DNA of 64,000 bases. It comes from a virus (lineage: Duplodnaviria; Caudoviricetes). Positions 8,540 to 18,249 of this stretch are shown here, one piece after another (the stretch's first letter is position 1; each line of letters starts with the position of its first letter). The position numbers and the translations under genes were made by a program. Below the pieces are notes generated by a model that saw only the letters and a list, made by a program, of their open reading frames with translations, did not search any database and was not told where the DNA came from. Location: IMG/VR virus record IMGVR_UViG_3300027730_000005, one strand, 5' to 3'.

Positions 8540-11500
8540 TTGGGTTCCCATTGCATACTTTTACTACCTTTAACAGTAGGAGTAAACCCTTGACCTCTGT
8601 AGAACTTGGTTAATTTACTTTGACTCACTTGTCCTTTGTCCCAAGGAAACAGTGTCAAGCTGATGCCATCTTCTCTTGCCATGGCTTGTAGTTCTTGCAT
8701 GGCACGTGACCCAACACCTTGACGTAGCGGATATGCTTGAATCCATTTGACTTCAACTGCGCCGCGCTTGCTAAAGCTAGGAACAAGTTCAAACATAGCA
8801 AACTGTTGGTCATCGCCTTTGCCCCAGACCATAACGTGATTGTTCTGCATGGTGTATGGATACTTTGCGTAGACTCGTTCAATCCATGCCTGTGCAGCAT
8901 CATTGTTGCCTAGTTTGATTCTTATTGGCTCTTCTTCTTCGGCTACATCTTTCATTAGATGTTTAGCATCGCCGGACTTCTTCCAAGCATCCCACATGGC
9001 CTTGCCAGGCGGCAATTGATTTCTACTTGGTACAATAGTGTTACCCAACATTCTCACATACGCATAGATGTTACGTGCTATACCGCGGCCTTGATATTCA
9101 AGTTTCAAGCTGGTAACTGCTGACACTAGACCATTTTTGCTGGGTCTAAATTTTGCAAGACCTATCTGTTGATAATTGTCGTCTAGCACTTTGACTTGAA
9201 AATATTCTTTACCATTTATTTCAATCCCAGTGGCACGATATGTCAGCCCATCAAAAATTTGGGTGTCGTTGAACGCTGGATTGAAAACATCTGGATTGAT
9301 AGTTTCATTTAAGTTGTTGGCCATTACTTGTGGTAAGAAACTGGCGGCAATGTGTTGGCAAGTGTTAAAAATGTCAGCATTATCAGTGACCTGCAGATTG
9401 AATGGATAGTCTGTGGTAGGATGCTGTGTGGGGTCTTGCCACCCAGCATAACATTTTTCAATACCAAAGTCAGCTAACAAATCAGTGCAACTCTCTCCAT
9501 ACCTCTCATCCATGTCATGCACACAAGGACTCAATGTAGTGACCATGATGGCATTGGGACCAATACGACCGTGACGTTTGAGATGCTGGTCTATGGCCAC
9601 TCGTTCAGCATGGCGTCGTGTTCCGTTGAGCCCAGGCAAGTTGATAGCATAAGTGTGATTGTTTTTGTTATCAATCAAACAAGCAGCCACACGTCCATAC
9701 TTTTCTGGATCAGTCTCATGACCACGATGTATCATGTTGATGCACTTTTTCAGCACATTATCTAGTTTACCAAGTTTTGTGATCTCTTGGCTTTCATCCA
9801 TATCTTCTTCACCAGGCTCGTCTAGGTCGTGTATGGGCAAGCCAAGGCGTTTGAGCTTGTGACTGTACATGTTTTCTAGCTCTTCGCTGCCAAACGCCAA
9901 CACAGTATGCGGCGGGCCTTGATTGTAATGAGACTTGTCGGCTTGATCAAGATCGCTAATGTCTTGTCCCAACTGATACCAATCTTGGGTGTCGCTCACA
10001 TCCACTTTGATTGTGCCAGCGGGCATTTTGGGAGGTGTTTCAGGACCAGTTGGTTTTTGATTGCCTAGAGCATCCAGGTCACGACGTAATCGTTGTTCTA
10101 ACACTGTGATGTTTTCTGACACTGATTGAGAACGTAGTCTCACTGAGAAGTTACTGGCATCCACTTCTGGATTTGCCTGCATTGCAGTAGCCACCCATTC
10201 TTGACCTCGACGCCAGGCTTCTGTTTGATTTGCTGCCTGTATTACAAATACTGGTTGATTGGAAGATCTATTGTATACTTCCCACTGTGTTTGTGCCATT
10301 GGGATATCTAATTCAACGTCTTCTACTCCTGGAATTGGGGTGGATGTGTATTGGTATTGTTGTTGGCTTGCTGCAACACCCATCTCTGGTACTACTGTAA
10401 CTCCAGCCTGCATACGCCCAGGATTACTACGCATCCAGTTTATGGCCACACGGTTGGCATCACTCTGTACATTGCCTACTCCCGAGAAGCGATGTATTTC
10501 TTGACCGTCCGGATTCAAGATCAACCAGTTGCCAGTGAATGTTTGCTGACCTTGACCCGGACGAGTTAAAGTTTGCGGTATGCCAACGTCAACAATGCCA
10601 CCTTGTGCTGCATCTGAATTATTGCCCTGGCGGGTACGAACACCGTACAATTCAGGAGCTTCGCCACGCATGCCTAACGCCAAACGTGCTTCTTGTTCAG
10701 CTTCGGGTCTACTGGTATTGCTCAACTCTCTCACAGTAGAGTTGTCGCTGATTCTATAGATTTCCCATGGACCTGGGCCAGTGGGCACCAAGTTGCGTGG
10801 CTGTCCTTCGCGTGGTACATTTTGTGTGCTAACGAATGCATTTGATGATCGCGCTGGCACTGTCGACGCCCGGAACAGGTGAGAACGGCCAGCGGTGTTG
10901 CCAAATATATCTGGTCTTGCTTCTCCAGCAGCTCTTATAGCGTTTAGCTCAGATGACGCACGAATTTGTATTTCTTGCCCAGGATTACCTTGTGGGCTTA
11001 CATACCAGATTGGTTGTTCAGTCTGTTGTGGTTCAATTTCACGCACTTCAATGTCAGTTATCATACGAGAATTTTGTTCACGACCTTGAGTTATGAACTG
11101 TTCAGCAGCCTCACGACTTGGGAATCTACGCAACACATTGTTGTCAGACTGGCCAGGAGCTCTAGCAAAGCGGTTCATGTCATTCATCCAAATGCCCCAG
11201 TTGCCTGTACTTGGTTGTGCGGCAGATTGTGGGCCAGGTTGTTGCTGATCACCACCACGGGCAACCACAGTGCCAGCACGATCAACTAAACTAAAGTCAT
11301 GTGGATTATTTTCCCCTGAAACAAACTGTCTAAACTTTTGTACAGCGTCTTCTTGACTTGATGCTGTGATCGATGATCTATTGTAACCGGCTCGAGCATC
11401 ATAAACGCTATAGGACAATGATGGCTTCGGATCCTGATATGGTCGTAGCGGTTTTGCCTGTAGAGTGTTCCGTGCGCTGGCCCAGTCTGGGTAGTTGCCT

Positions 11501-14500
11501 GGTTCTATAGCCTTGGCGATGGCTTCTTCCTTGCTAGAAGCAACAATTTCAATGCTGGCAAAATATCCAGGACGACTCACATCCCACCAATATTTTTGTC
11601 CCTTTGGTGTCTTGCCTTTGGCAAGATTACGGGCGAGATTCTGTTGCTCTAGTTCTTGAAAAGTTGCTTTTCTAAAGTCTTTGATGGCCTGTTGCGTTTC
11701 TTTGCTTAGTTTGTCGCCGACTTCTTTGCTATTGCCCTGCAACGATACCATGTACTTGGCAAACTCTTGAATCATATCACCATATTCGTCCTTGGTACCG
11801 TTAGGATTCAACAGTTTGTACAGCTTCTTGAGATATTCTTGGCGATACTTTTCAGGATCCATCGCAGCGTCCAGGGCCACAGTAAATCGTAATAGGGTAT
11901 CTTCAATCTTGCTGAAGTTTGAATCCAACCAGTCGCCACCCGGACTCCGGAATTCAATGTATCCTGTCTTGGTATTGATACTGGTATATTTTTCTGTAGT
12001 GCCTGTGTGAATGGCCTTGGTGGCAATGTCTTCCATGTGCTCACGCATCTTGTCCATGACCTGCGGAGCAATATCAGGATTGCGTTTCAGCATGGTTTTA
12101 ATTTTGCCAATTGCTGACTTGGCATAGTTATTGCCTGAACGTCCAAACAGTTCTAGCACATATTCATCGCCCATGAGCAGGGCCAGTTTGACATAGTCCA
12201 GTTTGTCAAGACTGTAGTTGGGTACTGAAATGTTGATATGCAAGCCAGTGCTGTCATTGGTATAGCAACCAGACTTGTCTGCCCAAGCCTTGACCTTGTT
12301 TAGATCTGAAATCATTTCATCTATGGGCATAGGCGGACTAACAAATTCTAAACCTTCGTCGCCAGGGTTGTCGCCTTCTAAACTGCCGTCAGGTTCCACA
12401 ACATAGGTACCTGCTTCACGACGGCCGCCATGGTAATTTCTACTGGCGTTCACAGGTTTACCCATGTAACTGGAGAATTCATCAGCCACTTGATCTATAT
12501 CCATGTCACCGTCGTTGCCCTCATTAGCGTCAGTGTAATAGGGCCATTCAATATCAAAGTTGCTTTCGATGTCACTCATGGTTTGATATTTGTCATCCAA
12601 GAAACTGCCTTCATCGTACTCGTCTCGTTGTTCTTCTGCAAACGCTTCAAATGCATCATTGAAGACACGGCCTTGATCTTCAAAAGCTTCCAGCACAAAC
12701 TGTTCTTGTAATTCATCAAGTCTGGCACTCAGCAGTTGAGAGAAGTCTTCGCTCTCTTGTGGCAAGTCAGGATTGGCATCCATGATTTCGTCACGAGCTT
12801 GTAGCATGGCTTCATCACGATCAAACAAGTCATTAACGTTGACAAAGTCACGCATGTAATCTACTCCATCGCGTGTCCAAGCTTCAGCAGTTTGTTCCTG
12901 CTGCCATTCCTCGTACTCGTTTTGTATTTCTTCCATTAGGTCATCTACTGCACGGCGTCCATTGTGGTCACCGTCATGGAAAAAGTCTCGAATGTCACTG
13001 AAGCTTCTGGTACGTTGATCCTGATCGTAGTCTGGTTCCCAGTCAGGTTCTTGTTCATCGACCCCAACATCGGGCACAATCATTTCAAATTCCATGCCTG
13101 CCTGTGCGCCTGTTTGTGCTGCTAACTGACGCAGATTGGTGCTGGTCATCTTGATTTCAAACAGATCTTTCTCTTTGAACTCTCGCAACATCTTGTTTAA
13201 ACCGGCTGTGAGTAATGCAGGATGACCTTGTGAATCTGTTTGTAATCCAAGTTTGTTGGCTTCCTTGCCCACAGCACCTGGACGCACATCTCGGGTCAAG
13301 GCCATGACAAATCTTGGATCGCGTGCCTGTGCCTTTGTGGGTATGTATCCTGACGCTTCTTCCAGTGTGACCCCATCAAACATTTCAGGCTGTTCTTCAG
13401 CCCACTGTCGCATGATACGGCCAGCCATGGCGTTGGCTTGGTCTTCCCAAGGGCTACCAGTTTCACCAGCATCTATAGGCAGGGGATTTCTTTCATCCTG
13501 CTGACGATGTGTCATCTCATGGGCCATGGTGCGAAGTATATCCAACACATGGCGTCCCGCGGTGGCCAAGATCAGTGTGTTGCTTTCTGGTTCGTATTGA
13601 CCAAAGCTACCGTTCTCTTGACTCCATTCTGGTGTTGTTTCCAAACGCAATCTAGGTGGATTCTCTAATTTAAGTTTATCTACACAACTGGCATAGAAAC
13701 GATGTAGGATCTTTTTCAAATGGTCAAGTTCTACACTTTCATCCACTTGTTCTGATTCAGTACCAGCAGGGTGATCTTGGCCAGCATACGCAGTACCTGG
13801 ATACCAGTAATCACGCATGCCGTAATTGACTTTCTTTCTGGCAGCAGGCTTACGATTTAAACTCAACTCACGATCTTGTATTGCTGTCTTGGCATCTTTT
13901 AATTTGCCAATGCAACCCATATTTCTCAACAATTTAAATGCAATGTTCTCGCAGCCAAACTCACCATTCTTTTCCAGGCCAGTTTGGCGCATTGTTTTGA
14001 TCTTGTCCCACAGCTGATTCACAGCATCTGCATTGCCGGACTTGATAGCTGAATGTATTCTGGCATCAAGATCAGCTGTTTTGTGTTGTACACAAGAGTC
14101 ATCTATGCTAGCACGACGGCGCTGTGGAACTTGTACCCAGTCACCATTCTTTACGCTGTAAATGCCTTGACTCACATGCTTTTGATCACTGGGCTGCACA
14201 TACAGTTCCACTGGAACGCCAGCAATCTTTATGTCATGCTCGGCATTATACTGATATTTTTTTGCATTGAACAGTTCTTGATACACAGGATCGTCAGGCA
14301 TGTCCACCACAAGGTGTAGATCAATGTCTGAATGGCGAGTATAAGAATAGGCAGCATTGCTACCTGATATGGTAATGTCCTGAATGTTGAGATCATCAAC
14401 ACCCAGGAATTCTTGAAAATTTGACGCAATTGCCAGCAACTTGTCACGCACATCAGGTAACAAGTGCTCGTCTGACCCCCACAAACGGGGGTTCAAACGT

Positions 14501-14556
14501 TGATGGAATTTTACAGCATCGGCGAGATTAAAGTTGTCAAGATCATGGAAATTCAT
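8536..14556 (-). CDS. 2006-aa multi-enzyme (polyvalent) protein: nucleotidyltransferase, zincin peptidase, amidoligase, repeats, deaminase, two GNATs
   Basis: SGSNAAY..SDIDLH; AHEMTH; PDGSL..GLEFVSPP..STGLHINI..IEFRSPG; HAE..SPC..C; YQGRGIA; LRQGVGSRAM. Confidence 0.85.
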   Translation of the reverse strand: MNFHDLDNFNLADAVKFHQRLNPRLWGSDEHLLPDVRDKLLAIASNFQEFLGVDDLNIQDITISGSNAAYSYTRHSDIDLHLVVDMPDDPVYQELFNAKKYQYNAEHDIKIAGVPVELYVQPSDQKHVSQGIYSVKNGDWVQVPQRRRASIDDSCVQHKTADLDARIHSAIKSGNADAVNQLWDKIKTMRQTGLEKNGEFGCENIAFKLLRNMGCIGKLKDAKTAIQDRELSLNRKPAARKKVNYGMRDYWYPGTAYAGQDHPAGTESEQVDESVELDHLKKILHRFYASCVDKLKLENPPRLRLETTPEWSQENGSFGQYEPESNTLILATAGRHVLDILRTMAHEMTHRQQDERNPLPIDAGETGSPWEDQANAMAGRIMRQWAEEQPEMFDGVTLEEASGYIPTKAQARDPRFVMALTRDVRPGAVGKEANKLGLQTDSQGHPALLTAGLNKMLREFKEKDLFEIKMTSTNLRQLAAQTGAQAGMEFEMIVPDVGVDEQEPDWEPDYDQDQRTRSFSDIRDFFHDGDHNGRRAVDDLMEEIQNEYEEWQQEQTAEAWTRDGVDYMRDFVNVNDLFDRDEAMLQARDEIMDANPDLPQESEDFSQLLSARLDELQEQFVLEAFEDQGRVFNDAFEAFAEEQRDEYDEGSFLDDKYQTMSDIESNFDIEWPYYTDANEGNDGDMDIDQVADEFSSYMGKPVNASRNYHGGRREAGTYVVEPDGSLEGDNPGDEGLEFVSPPMPIDEMISDLNKVKAWADKSGCYTNDSTGLHINISVPNYSLDKLDYVKLALLMGDEYVLELFGRSGNNYAKSAIGKIKTMLKRNPDIAPQVMDKMREHMEDIATKAIHTGTTEKYTSINTKTGYIEFRSPGGDWLDSNFSKIEDTLLRFTVALDAAMDPEKYRQEYLKKLYKLLNPNGTKDEYGDMIQEFAKYMVSLQGNSKEVGDKLSKETQQAIKDFRKATFQELEQQNLARNLAKGKTPKGQKYWWDVSRPGYFASIEIVASSKEEAIAKAIEPGNYPDWASARNTLQAKPLRPYQDPKPSLSYSVYDARAGYNRSSITASSQEDAVQKFRQFVSGENNPHDFSLVDRAGTVVARGGDQQQPGPQSAAQPSTGNWGIWMNDMNRFARAPGQSDNNVLRRFPSREAAEQFITQGREQNSRMITDIEVREIEPQQTEQPIWYVSPQGNPGQEIQIRASSELNAIRAAGEARPDIFGNTAGRSHLFRASTVPARSSNAFVSTQNVPREGQPRNLVPTGPGPWEIYRISDNSTVRELSNTSRPEAEQEARLALGMRGEAPELYGVRTRQGNNSDAAQGGIVDVGIPQTLTRPGQGQQTFTGNWLILNPDGQEIHRFSGVGNVQSDANRVAINWMRSNPGRMQAGVTVVPEMGVAASQQQYQYTSTPIPGVEDVELDIPMAQTQWEVYNRSSNQPVFVIQAANQTEAWRRGQEWVATAMQANPEVDASNFSVRLRSQSVSENITVLEQRLRRDLDALGNQKPTGPETPPKMPAGTIKVDVSDTQDWYQLGQDISDLDQADKSHYNQGPPHTVLAFGSEELENMYSHKLKRLGLPIHDLDEPGEEDMDESQEITKLGKLDNVLKKCINMIHRGHETDPEKYGRVAACLIDNKNNHTYAINLPGLNGTRRHAERVAIDQHLKRHGRIGPNAIMVTTLSPCVHDMDERYGESCTDLLADFGIEKCYAGWQDPTQHPTTDYPFNLQVTDNADIFNTCQHIAASFLPQVMANNLNETINPDVFNPAFNDTQIFDGLTYRATGIEINGKEYFQVKVLDDNYQQIGLAKFRPSKNGLVSAVTSLKLEYQGRGIARNIYAYVRMLGNTIVPSRNQLPPGKAMWDAWKKSGDAKHLMKDVAEEEEPIRIKLGNNDAAQAWIERVYAKYPYTMQNNHVMVWGKGDDQQFAMFELVPSFSKRGAVEVKWIQAYPLRQGVGSRAMQELQAMAREDGISLTLFPWDKGQVSQSKLTKFYRGQGFTPTVKGSKSMQWEPK

Positions 14557-14569
14557 GATCTATTTATCG

Positions 14570-15496
14570 CTATTCAGCAGTAGTGGTTTCCTCTGACACC
14601 TGTTTGTTGGTAGCAATCACTGTGGCTTCAACTGGTGTAGCGGCTGCTGTTAACTCACTTTCCGTGGGCTGTTGTTGGATCACGATCTGTGGCTGATTGG
14701 CTTGATTGGTCAGGGCAATTTGATGCAGATCTGCATACAGCTTGTCCTGGGTTTGGTAATCAAACACATAAGTTCCAGTATGTTTCAACAGCACACGTTT
14801 GTCCACAAATACTTGTCCGCCGATATCACGCCAGTTTTCGCAAAATGTCCAGTCTTCACTGTAGTAACGATTTTCACGCACAGCAGTGTCAAAGTATGTT
14901 TTCATGTAAGGGTTTAATGCTGGATCAAGTCCAATGTCGTTGATAAACGGCTTCACCGCAGGATGTGCATTGAGTTTTTCAAACACATCACGTTTGATCA
15001 ACAAGAAACCAGTACCAGTCTTGGTGACTTCAATCAAGCCAGATGGATCATTTTGATCTGCACCGGGAATACCGTTGACACACCATTTGACTGGTAGTGA
15101 TTTCATTGGATACAATCCGCCTACTACATCTTTGTCATGATTCAACATGACCAGCAAGTGCCAGGGCTCCCAACCAATGTCAGCATCAATGAACATCAAG
15201 TGTGTTGATCCTTCTGTGTTTAAGAATTTAGCAGTAAGAGTGTTTCTAGCACGAGAAATCAATGATTCATTGGTCATTGTTTCCACGGTCCAGTCCAAGC
15301 CCAATTGACGTGCTATGTTGGCCCACTTGATATAACTCATGAATGTGCTTTCAGTGAGTTGTCCACCATAACAAGGCATAGAAATATGCACTCTTGTGGT
15401 TTTTAAGTAGTCAATGTTAACTTGGATGCTTTGTTGCCCACCAGTTTGATCCACTGGGGATGCATTCTGGTAAGGTAATTGTTGTTCGTCTGCCAT
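14570..15496 (-). CDS. Glycosyltransferase (GT-A fold)
   Basis: SLISRARN...HLMFIDADIGW DxD motif; GTGFLLI; SEDW. Confidence 0.85.
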   Translation of the reverse strand: MADEQQLPYQNASPVDQTGGQQSIQVNIDYLKTTRVHISMPCYGGQLTESTFMSYIKWANIARQLGLDWTVETMTNESLISRARNTLTAKFLNTEGSTHLMFIDADIGWEPWHLLVMLNHDKDVVGGLYPMKSLPVKWCVNGIPGADQNDPSGLIEVTKTGTGFLLIKRDVFEKLNAHPAVKPFINDIGLDPALNPYMKTYFDTAVRENRYYSEDWTFCENWRDIGGQVFVDKRVLLKHTGTYVFDYQTQDKLYADLHQIALTNQANQPQIVIQQQPTESELTAAATPVEATVIATNKQVSEETTTAE

Positions 15497-15552
15497 AAGG
15501 CCCTTTCAATGTTGTGGAATATTTAACGGAGTATAGCAGGTTGGTAGAATTT

Positions 15553-16245
15553 CTACGACCTAGCTTCGTCCAAATAATCTTCAACCATGGGCTGATTGTA
15601 CTTGCTTTGATAGCTGGCCCGCATGCCGCCTTGGCTCATTTGACGTGTGACTTGTTCTGCAACTTCAGTGCCCATAACAGTATCCAACATCCGGACCACT
15701 GTGTTGGCCAGCTGGGGATTGCCTTGTGTTGTGGGATAAAGGCTCATGACCAATGCAGTTCGTTGGCGTTGATTTAAATCAGGCCATGCTGTGCGTATTT
15801 GTGTGGCCGATGTCATACCTGGACCAAACTCCACAACGGGCAAGTAGGTCATGTATGCGTGTTGAGTCATGGGCGCCATGTTGTCACTGATGGGTTGCAG
15901 ATATGCCGGTGTACCGTCACGTTTCACACCACCCGGCTGCGGAGGCTTGTTGGCGTCTTTTTCACTGCGCACAAAGATCAACTGTGTGTCTGCAGGGTTA
16001 TAGTTTTTTGTTATTTCTTCTGCACGAAATGGACTCTTCACTTGATAGAAATCACCTGGAGAAACTCCAGCCAATTGTGCTAGTTTTTCTTTTAATTTAA
16101 AAGGAAACGGGCGTGTTGAAGTGTCGTTGGTTGCAGCCACTTTGACATCAGCATTGGGAAATGCTCGTTGAGCAGATTTGTACAGTTCTAAATGGCCGGG
16201 GTGAAAAGGGTGTGCGCCCATTGGTAATACTACTAAAGTTTTCAT
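15553..16245 (-). CDS. HxGH-family nucleotidyltransferase (cytidylyl/adenylyltransferase-like)
   Basis: N-terminal GAHPFHPGH motif; SATQIR motif. Confidence 0.75.
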   Translation of the reverse strand: MKTLVVLPMGAHPFHPGHLELYKSAQRAFPNADVKVAATNDTSTRPFPFKLKEKLAQLAGVSPGDFYQVKSPFRAEEITKNYNPADTQLIFVRSEKDANKPPQPGGVKRDGTPAYLQPISDNMAPMTQHAYMTYLPVVEFGPGMTSATQIRTAWPDLNQRQRTALVMSLYPTTQGNPQLANTVVRMLDTVMGTEVAEQVTRQMSQGGMRASYQSKYNQPMVEDYLDEARS

Positions 16246-16250
16246 GCACG

Positions 16251-16262
16251 TATTTATAAATA
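16251..16262. promoter_or_regulatory. Palindromic pair of overlapping T4-like late promoters (TATTTATAAATA)
   Basis: TATAAATA on both strands between divergent genes 16245(-) and 16325(+). Confidence 0.65.
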
Positions 16263-16324
16263 AAGGTGTAGTTCGCGATACTGCAAATATCCAACTACTC
16301 TAACGCTTAGAAGGAGCATCAGCC

Positions 16325-17014
16325 ATGTATTTACAAAACAAATATACCCGTTGTTATTATAATATTATTCAACGAGCCAACATCAGAATTCTTAAACCCC
16401 CATACGAACATCATCATATAATTCCCCGGAGCCTAGGCGGAAATAATTTTAAAAAAAACATAGTCAAATTAACAGCACATGAACATTTTGTGTGCCACCT
16501 TTTGTTAACAAAAATGGTCGAAGGTAAGAATAGAGAAAAGATGGTTTATGCAGCCTGGGCAATGGCAAATCAAGAAAATCAAAATCAACAACGACACAAG
16601 GTTACTGGAAAAATTTATTCTATTCTAAAACAAGAATATTGTAAGGTTAAATCATTGCATACTAAACTTAACAATCCCATGCATGACCCTGAAATTCGAT
16701 TACGGCATCAAGAAGCAATTACTAAACGAGGGAAAACTTTAGGGAACACTGGACATAAACGTGGTGCAATGTCAGAAGAATTAAAAGCAATTCTTCGTCA
16801 AAAAACAATAGACTCAATGACCAGCGAAAGACGAGAACAGATTAAACAACAACAGTTAAACAGGACACCGGAACAGAAAGAAAAATATGCATTTGCTCAT
16901 TCTAAAAGAATATCATGCATATATTGTCGTTGTGTATGTGCTCCTGGAAACTTTGCCCGTTATCACGGTAATAACTGTAAATTAAATAATCTACAAGTGG
17001 CGGGCATTCAATAG
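16325..17014 (+). mobile_element. Free-standing HNH homing endonuclease with NUMOD3-like tail
   Basis: EHHHIIPRSLGG.N...NIVKLTAHEHFVCHLLL; opposite orientation to operon; AT-rich; AAGGAG SD. Confidence 0.88.
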
Positions 17015-17385
17015 GTAGCTTGTACCGTTTCAATTACACCGTCTTTGAAATTGGTGACCACTGCTCGCAACCATGTGAAGTTGCCTACTACTGCTTGTAT
17101 GTAAGTATCTGTAATAGTGCTAGAATCAGCTGAACTACCATCACCATATGCAGCTATGTCAAACCAACGTGAGTCAACAGGATCATTGTCCAGTGTGGCC
17201 TGGATTGAAACTTCACCTTGCACACCACGAAATACCCAACGTAGTGTTTGGATACCTCCACGTCCAAGATAGTAGTTAGCAGCTTTTTGTGGGTCGCCTA
17301 TAAAGTCCTCACTAGAACCGTCATAGTTACCCGATGGCACACCATACTCTGTATAGGGCACTAGTGTGACGGTGGTAATGGCCAT
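17008..17385 (-). CDS. Hypothetical (possibly virion) protein
   Basis: 125-aa ORF. Confidence 0.75.
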   Translation of the reverse strand: MAITTVTLVPYTEYGVPSGNYDGSSEDFIGDPQKAANYYLGRGGIQTLRWVFRGVQGEVSIQATLDNDPVDSRWFDIAAYGDGSSADSSTITDTYIQAVVGNFTWLRAVVTNFKDGVIETVQATY

Positions 17386-17549
17386 TATGCTCGTTCCACT
17401 TCCACAACAACACCGGGACCAGCCAGTTCTTCAGCAACTGATGCCAGTGCAGACAGCACATCGTCAGTGGCCACTGTATCTGGAGTGGTATCGTCTTTGA
17501 CCAATTTTGATAGCTTGATCACAACTATTTCTTCGTAAATTTTTGCCAT
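17385..17549 (-). CDS. Small hypothetical protein (54 aa; not in ORF track)
   Basis: MAKIYEEIVVIKLSKLVK...EVERA*; TAATG overlap; TAAATA 4 nt upstream. Confidence 0.7.
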   Translation of the reverse strand: MAKIYEEIVVIKLSKLVKDDTTPDTVATDDVLSALASVAEELAGPGVVVEVERA

Positions 17550-17556
17550 ACTGTAT

Positions 17557-18249
17557 TTATGGTCGTTTTTGCACTTGTACGGTTTTACGAGTTAGCCCAG
17601 GGCATAGCATTGCCAGCATGGTAATATGCTTGAGATCATTGTGTTCTACAAAATAATGTTCCCGGCTCCATGATGAATGCGGTTTTGTTCTACCCCATCG
17701 GTAACCTTGTAGTATAGTATCAGTGAACCATTTTTCAGTAACAGGACTGGCCACGAGATCTGGAGCCTGATGGCTGATCCAATTCCACACTGCTTGTTTT
17801 TTATCTGTGGACAGCTTCTTTTCTTTAAGATAAGTTCTGTAAGGATATTTGGGTTGATTGTTTAACATGACAACATCCCTGGAATACGCAAGTACTGCTT
17901 GTTTCATAGTGGATTTTGTTGGATAATTCCTGTACATTGTCTCAACGTCTTTGATGTCATTGGTGTACACATGAAATCTATTTTGCCCATAGGTGCGATG
18001 AATGTATGCACTGCGAAGATTTTCTAATACGTCCACTGCATGCATTATGTTTTGTTTGGTCAATTCGTCAGTCACTGGGTGTCCAACTGACAAATTATAT
18101 TGATCACGTCTATGTAACCGTTCCAGGATCTTTGTGAGAGAAAGATTGTTCAACAGCCACGCACCATCAATATCAAAACTTATTGCATATTCATACTTTC
18201 CAAAATAAAGTGATCCGCGTGGGTCACACTGTAAATAGGGTAGTGACAT
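17557..18249 (-). CDS. Hypothetical protein
   Basis: 230-aa ORF. Confidence 0.7.
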   Translation of the reverse strand: MSLPYLQCDPRGSLYFGKYEYAISFDIDGAWLLNNLSLTKILERLHRRDQYNLSVGHPVTDELTKQNIMHAVDVLENLRSAYIHRTYGQNRFHVYTNDIKDVETMYRNYPTKSTMKQAVLAYSRDVVMLNNQPKYPYRTYLKEKKLSTDKKQAVWNWISHQAPDLVASPVTEKWFTDTILQGYRWGRTKPHSSWSREHYFVEHNDLKHITMLAMLCPGLTRKTVQVQKRP

